Notes: generated from the letters alone by a model not told the origin. Counted from the stretch's first letter, positions 10,189 through 20,784 are shown. The stretch is DNA of 64,000 nucleotides from Gemmatimonadaceae bacterium (GCA_045803545.1 JBJMOW010000005.1:352001-416000); one strand, 5' to 3'. Numbers and translations are program-made.

Positions 10189-12693
10189 ATGTTTCGCGTT
10201 CCCGTCTTCGTGCTTGCTGTCGCGGTACTCGCGGCGGGTTGCACGGATACCCAAAGTACCGCTCCGCGACCGCCGGTTGGCGATCCGAGCAAAATGATTC
10301 TTGACGCAGCGCATCACGGAGGCAACCCGGATTTCTTCTTCCTTCCTCTGATCGGACCAGACGCGAGAAATAGTCCCTACTTCGACAAGGGGAAATTCAA
10401 CGCGACTCTTACTCCGATCGTGAAGATCTGTAAGCTCGTGTTACCGGTCACGGGGGCAACGACGCGCCTCGTGGCAGATGTGCCGAGGTCGCTATGCGGT
10501 CCGCTCGTCGCGACACTTTCCGACGTAACGGTCTCTCCCGCGCTGGAGTTCTATCTCGCGTCCTGGAAGACCCGCAACTATAACCTCGACCCCGACGCCT
10601 TCTATCGTGTCCAGGTCTTTGTAGGCAGCACCATGCTCGGGTTCGTGGATGTGACCGTAGTCACGAGCCTCAAGGAGGCGGTGAATGCGCTAACCGGAGA
10701 AGTGGTTCCGTTCGCGGACGACTTCACTTTGCCGATCCCATTCCGCATTGAGGCCGGCGCACTGACCGGTGGCGCGTCGAGCGCATGCAAAGGCACAACT
10801 CCCGACTGCGTCGAGGTGAGCGTCAAGAAGGCGGGAGGGACGTTCTTCACCAACACCAAATGGGCCGGGATTCAGCTCGAAAGTGGTTGGGTATCCGACG
10901 AAGCGTTGGCGCTGGGCGGCGGCTCGATTGTGCTTACTATCGAGCGCGTCCGCGCGAAGGACGGCGACTGTCACGGCGGCAGCGACGGGGAGCCGGGGGA
11001 GGCCGCAGCGTTGGGCAGCCTCTACGTCGAGCTGAACGGATGCTACCACTACGCGACGGATCCCAGTCTCGTCGATCCGCGAATCCCCGAGGCGAAGCGT
11101 GGATTCCAAACGGATAACAACAAGGTGGGACAGTGCACCCACGAGCTGCCAACCGATGCGGGCATGGCGGACGCGGACTACATGCTGTTCAAATCCGACC
11201 CAGGTCAGCGCATCATTCCGCTCAAGGACGTACCGGCACCGGTGGGACTCAGTTGCACGGACTTCGCGTTCTATCAGGCGCTGCCGGACAATCCAGTTCT
11301 CCGTTACGCCAGCATCAAGCTGCACAATCTTCGAAACGCTTTAAGCCGGTTCGTCGTGAATGAGGCGTATGCCTGGGACGGTGGTCTTGGCGGAACCCTC
11401 CCCAGGTCGCCCACAAGTGCGCTCAGCAACATCAGCCGCGGAGTCGGTCTAAGGGCTGCAAGAACATCGACCAACAATCAAACGGGGCTCGCCGGCACGA
11501 GCATCGAGTTCAGAGTGCGGGTGACGACAGAACATCTGCACGCCGGCCAGGAATCAAGGGCCGCCAAAGCCGGAGTACCCGTAACCTTCACCGTTCCGGA
11601 CGAGTTGAGCGGAGATTTTGGCGAAGGTGGAACATCGTACACCGCGACGACTGACGAGAATGGAGAGGCGGCTGTGCCGTGGTATCTCGCTGTCGGGACC
11701 CACACGATATCTGCAACGGTGCCAACGATCGATCCAACGCCAATAACGTTTACCGCACTTGGCACAGCGGCTGTTGACCTCGGTGTGCTCGCGGGCGACG
11801 ACTTTAGCCAGGCATTCGCTGTCAACAGTTCTGGGCAAGTGGTAGGCTTTAGCGGACAAAGTGGCGGGCAGACGCGCGCATTTCGTTGGACGAGTCGCCT
11901 CGGGATGATTGCTCTCAACCTACCAACGGACGAAGGTGGGAACAGCAGTGCCACGGGAATCAACGACAACGGTGTGGTGGTTGGTGAAATGACCGTTGGC
12001 GGCGCCAGGCATGCGTTCCGGTGGGAAAATGGTGTTACAACCGATCTTGGCGTCCCGAGCTGGGCGAGCTCCAGCAAGGCTGCAGCAATCAACACTTCGG
12101 GCACCATTGTCGGTTGGAACGATGTGGTTACGGGAGAGGAGGCGCACGGTTGGTCCTGGAATATCGGCGGCCCAATCACGAATCTCGGTGTGTCCAGCCC
12201 AATAACGAATGCTACGGCGATCAACGACGCGGGACAGATAGTTGGCAGCTCCGGATCGGGCCATGACAGGAATCCGTGGATCAGACAATCAAACGGCTCC
12301 GTGACTTTTCTGGGCGGTCTCACCGCGGGGCGATCGGCAGCATTTGCAATCAATTCCGCTGGGGTTGTTGTCGGTGCGAGCGATGTCGCGTCAGAGCAAA
12401 TCCACCCGTTCCGCTGGACGGCCGGGGTCATGCTCGATCTCGGAACGTTGGGTGGCAGGACCGGGAGTGCGGGAGGAATCGATGATGCTGGCCGCATCGT
12501 GGGTTCAGCCGACATCGCTACCGGAGAGAATCACGCATTCGTCTGGCAGAACGGGCACATGAGTGATCTCGGTGCTCCTTTTGGAGCACCACGCTCGAGC
12601 GCCAACGCTATCCGAGGCGGCAACATCGTCGGTAGCGCTGCCACCGCAGGAGGCTTCACACACGCGGTGTTGTGGGATATCGGATCGCCATAA
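10189..12693 (+). CDS. Lipoprotein with Ig-like domain and about 7 HAF-family repeats (probable beta-propeller)
   Basis: GAGGAGG before ATG 10189; lipobox LAAG-C; repeats RAFRW, HAFRW, HPFRW, HAFVW, HAVLW with DLG and INxxG.IVG motifs. Confidence 0.8.
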   Translation: MFRVPVFVLAVAVLAAGCTDTQSTAPRPPVGDPSKMILDAAHHGGNPDFFFLPLIGPDARNSPYFDKGKFNATLTPIVKICKLVLPVTGATTRLVADVPRSLCGPLVATLSDVTVSPALEFYLASWKTRNYNLDPDAFYRVQVFVGSTMLGFVDVTVVTSLKEAVNALTGEVVPFADDFTLPIPFRIEAGALTGGASSACKGTTPDCVEVSVKKAGGTFFTNTKWAGIQLESGWVSDEALALGGGSIVLTIERVRAKDGDCHGGSDGEPGEAAALGSLYVELNGCYHYATDPSLVDPRIPEAKRGFQTDNNKVGQCTHELPTDAGMADADYMLFKSDPGQRIIPLKDVPAPVGLSCTDFAFYQALPDNPVLRYASIKLHNLRNALSRFVVNEAYAWDGGLGGTLPRSPTSALSNISRGVGLRAARTSTNNQTGLAGTSIEFRVRVTTEHLHAGQESRAAKAGVPVTFTVPDELSGDFGEGGTSYTATTDENGEAAVPWYLAVGTHTISATVPTIDPTPITFTALGTAAVDLGVLAGDDFSQAFAVNSSGQVVGFSGQSGGQTRAFRWTSRLGMIALNLPTDEGGNSSATGINDNGVVVGEMTVGGARHAFRWENGVTTDLGVPSWASSSKAAAINTSGTIVGWNDVVTGEEAHGWSWNIGGPITNLGVSSPITNATAINDAGQIVGSSGSGHDRNPWIRQSNGSVTFLGGLTAGRSAAFAINSAGVVVGASDVASEQIHPFRWTAGVMLDLGTLGGRTGSAGGIDDAGRIVGSADIATGENHAFVWQNGHMSDLGAPFGAPRSSANAIRGGNIVGSAATAGGFTHAVLWDIGSP

Positions 12694-12792
12694 GAACTGC
12701 GACCTGCTTCGCAAGCAGGCGCATTCTGCTGGACAGGAATTTCGCGCGCGCACTCTAATTGGGCTGCGCGCGTCGGAGTGGTGGCTTCACAA

Positions 12793-12826
12793 GGAAGGCA
12801 ATTGCAGGTGCAATTGCCTTCCCTTT
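12793..12826. terminator. Hairpin between convergent HAF lipoprotein gene and ftsK
   Basis: 13-bp perfect stem ggaaggcaattgc/gcaattgccttcc, 4-nt loop, short T run. Confidence 0.55.
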
Positions 12827-12828
12827 AG

Positions 12829-15405
12829 CTAGCTGCGCGGTCCCGCAATCCGTTCCAGGTCATCGAGCCCCGCGAGCACATCGCGGGGCTTTGATCCATC
12901 CGGCGGTCCCAGGATACCGGCAGCGTGGAGCTGATCGATTATACGCGCCGCACGACCGTAACCGACTTTCAGACGCCGCTGCAACAACGATGTCGATCCC
13001 TGCTGATGCTGGATCACAACCTCGGCTGCCTCGCGGAACAGTTTGTCGCGATCCGTATCATCAAGCGACTCGCCGTCGGTGCCGCCCGCTTCTTCCGCTT
13101 CCTTGCGACGGATCGTCTCGATGATGTCCGTCTCGCTCGGCACGTCGTCGACGATCAGACCCTGTGCCTCGTACAGTGCCTTGCGCTCGGCACGACGCAT
13201 CTCGTACCAGCCCATCAACCGCTCGGTGTCTTCGCTGGAGATGAACGCGCCCTGAAGACGCGACGGCTCCGACTTGCCCGGCGGAATGAACAACATGTCG
13301 CCGTTGCCGAGCAGCGCTTCGGCGCCGATGCCATCAAGGATGGTGCGCGAATCAACCTGCGACGCGACACGGAACGCGATGCGGCTCGGGAAGTTCGCCT
13401 TGATCAGACCGGTAATCACGTTCACGCTCGGACGCTGCGTCGCCAGAATGAGGTGGATGCCGATCGCGCGCGCTTTCTGCGCCAGCATCGCCAGCGGCGT
13501 CTCGATCTCTCCCTGCACCGTCATCATCAGGTCGGCGAGCTCGTCGATCACCACCACGATGTATGGGACGATGCCGCCCTTGTACTCCAGCTCCTCGAAC
13601 GCGACGTCCGCGCGCTTCACGTTCTTCAGCTTCTGTCCTTCCTGAACCTTGCGATTGAAATCCTGGATGTTGCGCGCACCGTTTGCGGCGAGCAGCTCGT
13701 AACGATCCTGCATCTCGAGCACCGCCCACTTCAAGACTGCTGCAGCATCGCGATTGTCGGTGACAACCTTGTGCCGCAGATGCGGGAGTACGTTATACAC
13801 CGACAGCTCCACCATCTTCGGATCGACCATCAGGAATCGCAGCGTTGTCGGCGTGTGACGATACGCGAGCGACGTGATCAGGGTGTTGATGCACACCGAC
13901 TTGCCCGACCCGGTCGCTCCGGCGATCAATAGGTGAGGCATCTTCGCCAGATCGGCGATTACCGGGCGGCCTTCGAGATCCTTGCCGAGCGCGATCGGCA
14001 GCGCGGCGCGCGCATTCTGAAAATCGCGCGACTCGATCAGCTCTCTGAACGCGACCATCTCGGGATTCGGATTTGGAACTTCAACGCCGACAGCTCCCTT
14101 CCCCGGTATCGGTGCGACGATGCGGATGCTCTGCGCGCGCATCGCCAAAGCGAGATCGTTGGAGAGATTGGCGATTTGCCGCACTTTCACACCCGCTGCC
14201 GGCGCAACCTCGAATTGCGTAACCACCGGACCCGTTGTCCGTCCGACGAGCTCGCCTTCCACGCGAAACGTCCGCAGCGCCTCCATCAGCTTCACACCCA
14301 TCGCGTCGAGCTCACGCTTGCCGATATCAACGTTCCGCGGCGGCGCCGGGGATAACAATTCCGGCGATGGCAGATCTTCATCGGAGAAAGCGAAGTTCTC
14401 CGTTGCCTCGAACGCATCGATCGCGGCGCCGATTGATTCCGCGGTTGTCTTGTTCCACTTCCCGCTTCCCGCTTCCCGCTTCCCGCCTGCCGCGTCCCGC
14501 TTCCCGCTCCCCGGCTCCCGTTTTTTCCTGATCGGCAGCACCGGATCCTCGCTCGACAGCGACTGCATCAGCGAATGATCGATCGCCGGCATCTCCTCCG
14601 GCTCCGGCTCGAGCAAAGTCGCCGAGACGACGCTCGCGGCGGCGTTCGCCGCGGGAACAACGATTTCTTTCGACGGATCGAGACCGGCGCGCTCGGCAGG
14701 CGTGGGTGCGGTCATCGAGTCGAGCGTGCGCACACGCTTCGCGACGACGACGCGGATCGGATTCCACGACAATGCGACAGCCGTGAGCGTGCACAACGCG
14801 ATCGCCAAGAGAATCCACCCGCCAACTACACCCGCAAACTGCAGGATGTAAAACGCCGCAAAATCACCCCATATACCCGCTAGCGGTCCCGCCTCGCGCG
14901 TCCCTCCTCCCGCCTCCCCAAATACAATCGGCAGCAGCACGACCATGCCCAGCAAAAACACCATCCACGAACGGTCTTTGCGCTCGCCAAGTCGGCCGAA
15001 CAGCCGCAGCGCATGCGCGATCAACGCCAGCGGCAGCAGTGCCGACGCGGGCCAACCAACGAGCAGAGCGATCGGACGCGCGAGCAGCGCGCCAATCCAC
15101 CCGAAATTCGCTTTGATGGTGCCGTGACCCTGCAGCTGGGCGTAGCCCTGCGCTGCCAGTGCCCCGGCGAGGAAAAGTCCGAAGAGAAGGAGGACGATGC
15201 CGCGGATCTCGCGCGCGAGCGCGGACGAGGACGGCTTATCGTGCCCGTTCGGGCCCGAGTTTCGTGATTTGTCGCTCCTGAAAGATCGGGACCACAGGAT
15301 GGGAGTCCACTTCCGCGGCGGCGGCGAGGTCGTCACCAAATCCTGCTTCCTGGAGCGCTTTCCCGTGGGCTGATTCTTTGAAGACTTTCGCGATGTTGTC
15401 GCCAT
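12829..15405 (-). CDS. ftsK: DNA translocase FtsK/SpoIIIE
   Basis: N-terminal TMs; PHLLIAGATGSGKS, IDELADLMM, ATQRPS; gamma domain STSLLQRRLKVGYGRAARI; start 15405, 15339 or 15336. Confidence 0.97.
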   Translation of the reverse strand: MATTSRKSSKNQPTGKRSRKQDLVTTSPPPRKWTPILWSRSFRSDKSRNSGPNGHDKPSSSALAREIRGIVLLLFGLFLAGALAAQGYAQLQGHGTIKANFGWIGALLARPIALLVGWPASALLPLALIAHALRLFGRLGERKDRSWMVFLLGMVVLLPIVFGEAGGGTREAGPLAGIWGDFAAFYILQFAGVVGGWILLAIALCTLTAVALSWNPIRVVVAKRVRTLDSMTAPTPAERAGLDPSKEIVVPAANAAASVVSATLLEPEPEEMPAIDHSLMQSLSSEDPVLPIRKKREPGSGKRDAAGGKREAGSGKWNKTTAESIGAAIDAFEATENFAFSDEDLPSPELLSPAPPRNVDIGKRELDAMGVKLMEALRTFRVEGELVGRTTGPVVTQFEVAPAAGVKVRQIANLSNDLALAMRAQSIRIVAPIPGKGAVGVEVPNPNPEMVAFRELIESRDFQNARAALPIALGKDLEGRPVIADLAKMPHLLIAGATGSGKSVCINTLITSLAYRHTPTTLRFLMVDPKMVELSVYNVLPHLRHKVVTDNRDAAAVLKWAVLEMQDRYELLAANGARNIQDFNRKVQEGQKLKNVKRADVAFEELEYKGGIVPYIVVVIDELADLMMTVQGEIETPLAMLAQKARAIGIHLILATQRPSVNVITGLIKANFPSRIAFRVASQVDSRTILDGIGAEALLGNGDMLFIPPGKSEPSRLQGAFISSEDTERLMGWYEMRRAERKALYEAQGLIVDDVPSETDIIETIRRKEAEEAGGTDGESLDDTDRDKLFREAAEVVIQHQQGSTSLLQRRLKVGYGRAARIIDQLHAAGILGPPDGSKPRDVLAGLDDLERIAGPRS
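14456..14518. repeat. Heptamer tandem array x9, in-frame in ftsK linker
   Basis: cgcttcc-type units; reads REPGSGKRDAAGGKREAGSGK. Confidence 0.88.
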
Positions 15406-15982
15406 ATTTTTTTTCGATCAGCACCGATGCGGCCGCCGCATCGTTCATCTCGATCGGGTCCGATCGTTTCGGAATTGCTTTGACGTAGCGCCCAGCGCAG
15501 GCGGCATCCTCGAGGGTGAATCCCCCATCCTCACCGGCGCAGATGATAGCGATGTCAGTGTTGGAGCTGGCCGCGACTTTCATCATGGTCAGCACCGCCG
15601 TGAAGTTGACGTATGAAGCTATAACTATGTCACGCGCGCCCTGTACTCCCAGCAGCGCCCGGGTGCCGTTGGTCGTGGTGAGGAGGATTGTTTTCCCCTT
15701 CACTGCCTCAGGCGTGAAGCTCTGCGGTGAGTTGCCGAGGTCGAATCCCTGGATCGGCAGCATCTTCTGCTCGCCGGCCAGCACCACCGCCGAGCGGTGA
15801 AACTCCTTCGAGCGGGTGATGACATCGTCGGCATCGGGAAGCGGCATCACCGTCTTGGCGCCGTTAGCCAGTGCAGTCGCCACGGTTGTTGAAGCACGAA
15901 GCACGTCGACAATCGCGACGAGCCTTCCCGCTGTATCAGCTGGTTTTACCTGAATTGGAGAAAAGAAGAGATCAAGCCGCAC
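15236..15982 (-). CDS. comB: 2-phosphosulfolactate phosphatase family protein
   Basis: [34 protein letters not shown]. Confidence 0.9.
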   Translation of the reverse strand: MRLDLFFSPIQVKPADTAGRLVAIVDVLRASTTVATALANGAKTVMPLPDADDVITRSKEFHRSAVVLAGEQKMLPIQGFDLGNSPQSFTPEAVKGKTILLTTTNGTRALLGVQGARDIVIASYVNFTAVLTMMKVAASSNTDIAIICAGEDGGFTLEDAACAGRYVKAIPKRSDPIEMNDAAAASVLIEKKYGDNIAKVFKESAHGKALQEAGFGDDLAAAAEVDSHPVVPIFQERQITKLGPERAR

Positions 15983-17336
15983 TGGCCGGCTCCTTCATCA
16001 GCTCGCTCTCGCGCTCGAGGAATTTGGTATCCACTTGCCCCGCCTGGAATTTTTGATTTCCCATCACGCGCCCCAGGAAAGGAATCGTAGTGGTCACACC
16101 CTCGATGATGAAGCTCTCCAGCGCCACTTGCATCCGCGTGATGGCTTCTGCGCGATCGCGCCCCTGACAAATGAGCTTGGCGAGCAGGGAGTCGTAGAAT
16201 GGCGGAACTCTGTAGCCCGCGTAGACGTGCGTATCGAGGCGCACGCCCGGACCGCCCGGCGGATGGAAGACTTCGATTAAACCCGGCGACGGCTGAAAGT
16301 TGCGCGCCGGATCTTCGGCGTTCACGCGGCACTCGATGACGTGTCCGCGGCGCTCGATCGGCGGCTTCACCGACAGTTTCGTCCCGAACGCAACCTGAAT
16401 TTGCTCCTTCACCAGATCGATTCCTGTCAGCATCTCGGTTACCGGATGCTCGACCTGGATGCGGGTGTTCATTTCCATGAAGTAATACGATTTGTCTTCG
16501 TTGAGCAGCATTTCGATGGTGCCGGCGCCCACATAATCGATCGCTTTGGCGCCTTTCACCGCCGCCTCTCCCATCTTCTCCCGCAGCTCGGGGGTCATTG
16601 CCGGACTGGGCGCCTCTTCGATGAGTTTTTGATGTCGACGCTGTACCGAACAATCGCGCTCGCCGAGGTGAATGACGTTGCCGTGACGATCACCCATGAT
16701 CTGGAATTCGATATGGCGCGGGCGTGACAGATATTTCTCGACGTAGACATCGCCATTCCCGAACGCAGACAGCGCTTCCGACCGGGCGAGCTGGAACGAG
16801 CGCCCAAAATCTTCCGGGTCAGTGGCGACGCGCATTCCTTTTCCACCGCCGCCGGCGGCCGCCTTGATGATCACCGGGAACCCGATGTCCCGCGCAAACT
16901 TCAGCGCTTCGTCGGAATCCTCGATCGGGCCCGGCGTGCCCGGCACGATCGGCACGCCGACATCCTGCATCGTTTTGCGCGCCGCCGCCTTGTCACCCAT
17001 CACCCGAATCTGCTGCGGCGTCGGGCCGATGAACGCGAGATTGGACGCGATGCAGGTCTCGGCGAATTCGGCATTTTCAGCGAGAAAGCCGTAACCGGGA
17101 TGAATGGCGTCGGCGCCGGCGATTTCGGCGGCGGCGATGATGCGCGGAATGTTGAGATATGATTCGCGCGCCGGCGCTGGCCCGATGCACACGTCATCGT
17201 CGGCGAACCGAACGTGCAGCGACTCGCGGTCAGCCTCGGAATAGACCGCGACGGTCTGGATGCCGAGCTCGCGGCAGGCGCGGATCACTCGGAGCGCAAT
17301 CTCACCGCGGTTTGCGATCAGGATCTTTTTGAACAA
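15972..17336 (-). CDS. accC: Acetyl-CoA carboxylase biotin carboxylase
   Basis: [45 protein letters not shown]. Confidence 0.98.
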   Translation of the reverse strand: MFKKILIANRGEIALRVIRACRELGIQTVAVYSEADRESLHVRFADDDVCIGPAPARESYLNIPRIIAAAEIAGADAIHPGYGFLAENAEFAETCIASNLAFIGPTPQQIRVMGDKAAARKTMQDVGVPIVPGTPGPIEDSDEALKFARDIGFPVIIKAAAGGGGKGMRVATDPEDFGRSFQLARSEALSAFGNGDVYVEKYLSRPRHIEFQIMGDRHGNVIHLGERDCSVQRRHQKLIEEAPSPAMTPELREKMGEAAVKGAKAIDYVGAGTIEMLLNEDKSYYFMEMNTRIQVEHPVTEMLTGIDLVKEQIQVAFGTKLSVKPPIERRGHVIECRVNAEDPARNFQPSPGLIEVFHPPGGPGVRLDTHVYAGYRVPPFYDSLLAKLICQGRDRAEAITRMQVALESFIIEGVTTTIPFLGRVMGNQKFQAGQVDTKFLERESELMKEPASAA

Positions 17337-17432
17337 TAGGGTCGTCGGTTCGGACTACCAGCGCGGACCAGCTGAAACTTCGAGGCGTTACGGATTGCGA
17401 AACTTACTGCAGACCGCGGGCTAACTGCTAAA

Positions 17433-17570
17433 AAAGGTAGGCTGCATGCAGAGTAGCTCAGAAGCAGAGTTGGCAGCTACGTACTGGCCGTTGGAATCTT
17501 GCGAGTCTTCGAACGCCACGAACGTAGCTGCCAACTCATTTCTGAGCCGCTCTGCCGACTGCCTACCTTT
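17433..17570. repeat. Long imperfect hairpin, family B copy 1
   Basis: aaaggtaggc/gcctaccttt outer stem, 16-bp perfect inner stem; similar to 24702-24868. Confidence 0.8.
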
Positions 17571-17588
17571 GGTTCCGTTGTCCGCAGT

Positions 17589-18767
17589 TCAAGTCGCTTC
17601 CTGCTTGACCGTATCCCACGAAGTATCCGACGACGCCGAGATTCCCTGGGTGCGCAGCGAGAATTCCGCCGGATTGGTCGCGGCGAACAGCGCATCGTCG
17701 TACGTGATGACGCCCTTCTGGTACCAGTTCATCAGCGATTGGTCGAAGCTCTGCATGCCGTAAGGTACCGCGCCTTCCTTGATCAACTGCGGAATGCTCA
17801 TCGCCTTGCTCATATCCCGCATCTGATCGCGCACGGCTTCGGTGTTCACCAGAATCTCGGCGGCGGGCACGCGTCCCTTCTTGTCGGCGCGGCGCACCAG
17901 CCGGAGCGAGATGATCGCCCGCAACGCACTCGATAGCATGAAACGCACTTCGGCCTGCTGATGGGGCGGATAAAACGACAGAATTCGATTGATGGTCTGC
18001 GACGCGTCCGTCGTGTGCAGCGTCGAGAAAACCAGGTGACCGGTCTCTGCCGCTTTCAGCGCAATGTCGAGGGTCTCGAGGTCGCGAATTTCTCCGACCA
18101 GCAGCACGTCGGGGTCCTGCCGGAGCACGCGACGCAGCGCCTGGGCAAAGCTGTTGGTGTCCGTTCCAACTTCGCGCTGGTTGATGCTGCTCTTGATGTC
18201 GCGATGCAGGAACTCGATCGGATCTTCGATGGTGATGATGTTCGCCTGGCGCTGCTGATTGATGTAGTGCAGCATCGAGGCGAGCGCCGTCGACTTTCCG
18301 GAGCCGGTGATTCCCGTTACCAGGATCAAACCGCGTGGCATGAGAGCGATGCGCTCGCACGCCTCAGGCAGGTTCAGCTCCGCGATCGTCTTCGCCTGGA
18401 ACGGCACGCTGCGCATCGCATACGCGATGGTTCCGCGCTGTTGATACGCGTTGACGCGGAAACGACCGATGCCTGGGACCGCGAGAGCGAAGTCCGACTC
18501 CTTCTGCTCCGAGAACTCCTTGATGTTCTTGGGCGCCATTATCTGCTCGGCGAGGCTGCGCAGGTCTTCCTGCTTCAGCGCGGGCATATCGAGATTTATC
18601 ATCTGCCCATCGACGCGCAGTGTCGGCGGACGACCGACTTTGAGATGCAAGTCGGACGCGTTCGCCTGAATCATGTGTTGCAGCACGCCCTTGTAGTCGA
18701 AGGTGCCGCTGGAGTGAGGAGATGGGGCAGCCGTCTTGGGCGGCGGGGGACTCAGTTTTTCAGCCAT
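17589..18767 (-). CDS. pilT: PilT/PilU-family type IV pilus retraction ATPase
   Basis: ASDLHL, Walker A GITGSGKS, TIEDPIE, LRQDPD, AAETGHLVFSTLHT. Confidence 0.9.
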   Translation of the reverse strand: MAEKLSPPPPKTAAPSPHSSGTFDYKGVLQHMIQANASDLHLKVGRPPTLRVDGQMINLDMPALKQEDLRSLAEQIMAPKNIKEFSEQKESDFALAVPGIGRFRVNAYQQRGTIAYAMRSVPFQAKTIAELNLPEACERIALMPRGLILVTGITGSGKSTALASMLHYINQQRQANIITIEDPIEFLHRDIKSSINQREVGTDTNSFAQALRRVLRQDPDVLLVGEIRDLETLDIALKAAETGHLVFSTLHTTDASQTINRILSFYPPHQQAEVRFMLSSALRAIISLRLVRRADKKGRVPAAEILVNTEAVRDQMRDMSKAMSIPQLIKEGAVPYGMQSFDQSLMNWYQKGVITYDDALFAATNPAEFSLRTQGISASSDTSWDTVKQEAT

Positions 18768-19260
18768 TCGGATCAATGCGTAAGAGGACCTGGCCGTATT
18801 CGACTGGATGCGCGTTGGACGCGAGAATTTCCTTCACCACTCCATCAAACTCCGACTCGATCTCGTTCATGATTTTCATCGCTTCGATGATGCAAAGGAT
18901 CTGTCCTTTGCTGATGCGATCACCGACTGCGAGGTACGGTTTTGCCCCGGGCTCCGGAGCGCCGTAGTAAGTCCCAACCATTGGAGACTTCACTTCCAGG
19001 TATTTAGACTTGGCAGCCTCCACTTTTGGAACATCTGCGGCCGTAGAGCCCGAATCCGGGGGGGCAACGGGCGCCGGCGCCACCGCGGGTGGCAAAAGGG
19101 CCGGCATCGCCATCGGCGCCGCCATCTGCAACGCACCCCGCTGCTGCGGAGTCTTGGAGATCCGAATCTTCATCCCCTTGTCCGACGAGATCTCAATCGA
19201 GTCCACACTCGATTCGTCGAGCATTTCCACCAGCTTCTTTACGTAGCGGAGGTCGATCAT
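18760..19260 (-). CDS. accB: Biotin carboxyl carrier protein
   Basis: KSPMVGT, biotinylation motif IEAMKIMNEI. Confidence 0.97.
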   Translation of the reverse strand: MIDLRYVKKLVEMLDESSVDSIEISSDKGMKIRISKTPQQRGALQMAAPMAMPALLPPAVAPAPVAPPDSGSTAADVPKVEAAKSKYLEVKSPMVGTYYGAPEPGAKPYLAVGDRISKGQILCIIEAMKIMNEIESEFDGVVKEILASNAHPVEYGQVLLRIDPNG

Positions 19261-20345
19261 GCGACTTCCATCAGTTCGCGTGGAAAATCCGTCAATATTT
19301 CGGGGCCGCTGCTGGGGAGGTACACATCGTCTTCAATGCGCACTCCGCCCCAGCCGGGTTTGTAGATGCCAGGCTCGATGGTCACGACGGCGCCCGCACC
19401 AAGCGGCGCTTCGGCCGTCTTCGCCAGACGCGGTGCTTCGTGCACCTCGAGACCGAGGCCGTGACCCAGGCTGTGGCCAAAGGCATCGCCATAGCCCTGG
19501 TCTTCGATGTAACGGCGCGCTAGTCCATCCGCCTCCTGGCCCTTCATGCCGGCGCGAACCGAATTCGCGGCAACAGCGTTGGCGTGACGCACGATCTCGT
19601 ATATCTCTTTCTGTTCTTCGGTCGCGCGACCGACGACGACGGTGCGTGTCACGTCGGAGCAATAGCCTTTGTACTGGGCGCCAAAGTCGAGCAACAGCAG
19701 ATCGCCACGTTCGATTACGCGCGACGACGCCCGCGCATGCGGCAGCGCAGCACGAGGACCCGACGCGACGATGGTCGCGAACGGAAAGTCCTCGCTCCCC
19801 TGATCGCGCAACGCATGCTCGAGTATGCCGGCAACATTCAGCTCGGTCATTCCCGCGCGCACCTCGCGCAGGGTTTTCCCGAGTGCGGTCGTCGCCATCA
19901 GGCCGGCCTGTCGGATCAATGCGACTTCATCGGCGTCCTTCGACTCACGCAGGGCTTCGACCAGGTTGACTTGCGGGCGCCATTGCCAGCGCGTCCCCTC
20001 GGTGAGCAACCGCTGGAAATCGCGATGCAGCAGGTGCGCCGATTCGAATCCGACGATGTCGACGCCGCTGAGAGTGGCGCCGAGATTCCACAAGCCCGTC
20101 CACAGGCTCTGAGCCTCGATCCGAGCAACGACGATGTCGCCTACTTCCTCTTTGATCTGCTCATCGTAGCGGAAATCGGTGATGAAGTGCACGTCGCGCT
20201 GCGTGATCAGCACCAGCGCGCTGGTGCCGGAGAAGCCGGTCAGATAGCGAACGTTGGGCAGACTGGTGAGCACCAGGGCATCGATGTGCGCGGCAGTCAA
20301 CGCGTCTCTGAGCGCTGCGATGCGCGCGGGACGACGATCAGCCAT
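19257..20345 (-). CDS. Xaa-Pro aminopeptidase/dipeptidase (M24 family)
   Basis: YLTGFSG, DFG..Y.SDVTRT, HSLGHGLGLEVHE, EPGIY, GVRIEDD. Confidence 0.93.
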   Translation of the reverse strand: MADRRPARIAALRDALTAAHIDALVLTSLPNVRYLTGFSGTSALVLITQRDVHFITDFRYDEQIKEEVGDIVVARIEAQSLWTGLWNLGATLSGVDIVGFESAHLLHRDFQRLLTEGTRWQWRPQVNLVEALRESKDADEVALIRQAGLMATTALGKTLREVRAGMTELNVAGILEHALRDQGSEDFPFATIVASGPRAALPHARASSRVIERGDLLLLDFGAQYKGYCSDVTRTVVVGRATEEQKEIYEIVRHANAVAANSVRAGMKGQEADGLARRYIEDQGYGDAFGHSLGHGLGLEVHEAPRLAKTAEAPLGAGAVVTIEPGIYKPGWGGVRIEDDVYLPSSGPEILTDFPRELMEVA

Positions 20346-20784
20346 TGGCGACCACCGGGAGCCTCTTCACCAAACCGCGCAACGCCAGCTCGTACCCGTA
20401 GGAGCCGAAGCCACAAATGACAGCGACAGCCACGTCAGCGATCGCAGAGCGACGTCGCTCCGGCTCGCGCGCATAGATGTTCGTTAGATGCACTTCTACG
20501 AACGGGATCTTTATGCCGGCCAGCGCATCACGAATCGCGAGACTGGTGTGGCTATACGCGCCAGCGTTCACCAAAGCGCCATCGGCGCGTCCACGCAGCG
20601 CGTGAATCGCGTCGACGATCTCCCCTTCTCCGTTGTGCTGCGAGAAAGTCAGCTGAACCCCGAGCTCTTTAGCTACACCCAAGAGATGGGCCTCGATATC
20701 GGCCAGCGTTTCCTTCCCGTACAGTTCGGGCTCACGCGTGCCGAGCAGATTGAGATTCGGTCCATTGATGATTGCGATTCTCAC
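20338..20784 (-). CDS. aroQ: Type II 3-dehydroquinate dehydratase
   Basis: NGPNLNLLGTREPELYG, HTSLAIRDAL, VEVHLTN. Confidence 0.97.
   Translation of the reverse strand: MRIAIINGPNLNLLGTREPELYGKETLADIEAHLLGVAKELGVQLTFSQHNGEGEIVDAIHALRGRADGALVNAGAYSHTSLAIRDALAGIKIPFVEVHLTNIYAREPERRRSAIADVAVAVICGFGSYGYELALRGLVKRLPVVANG

Noticed and set aside
15236..15982. Coenzyme M biosynthesis inferred from comB
   Set aside because: No other com genes here; stand-alone ComB homologues are common in bacteria.
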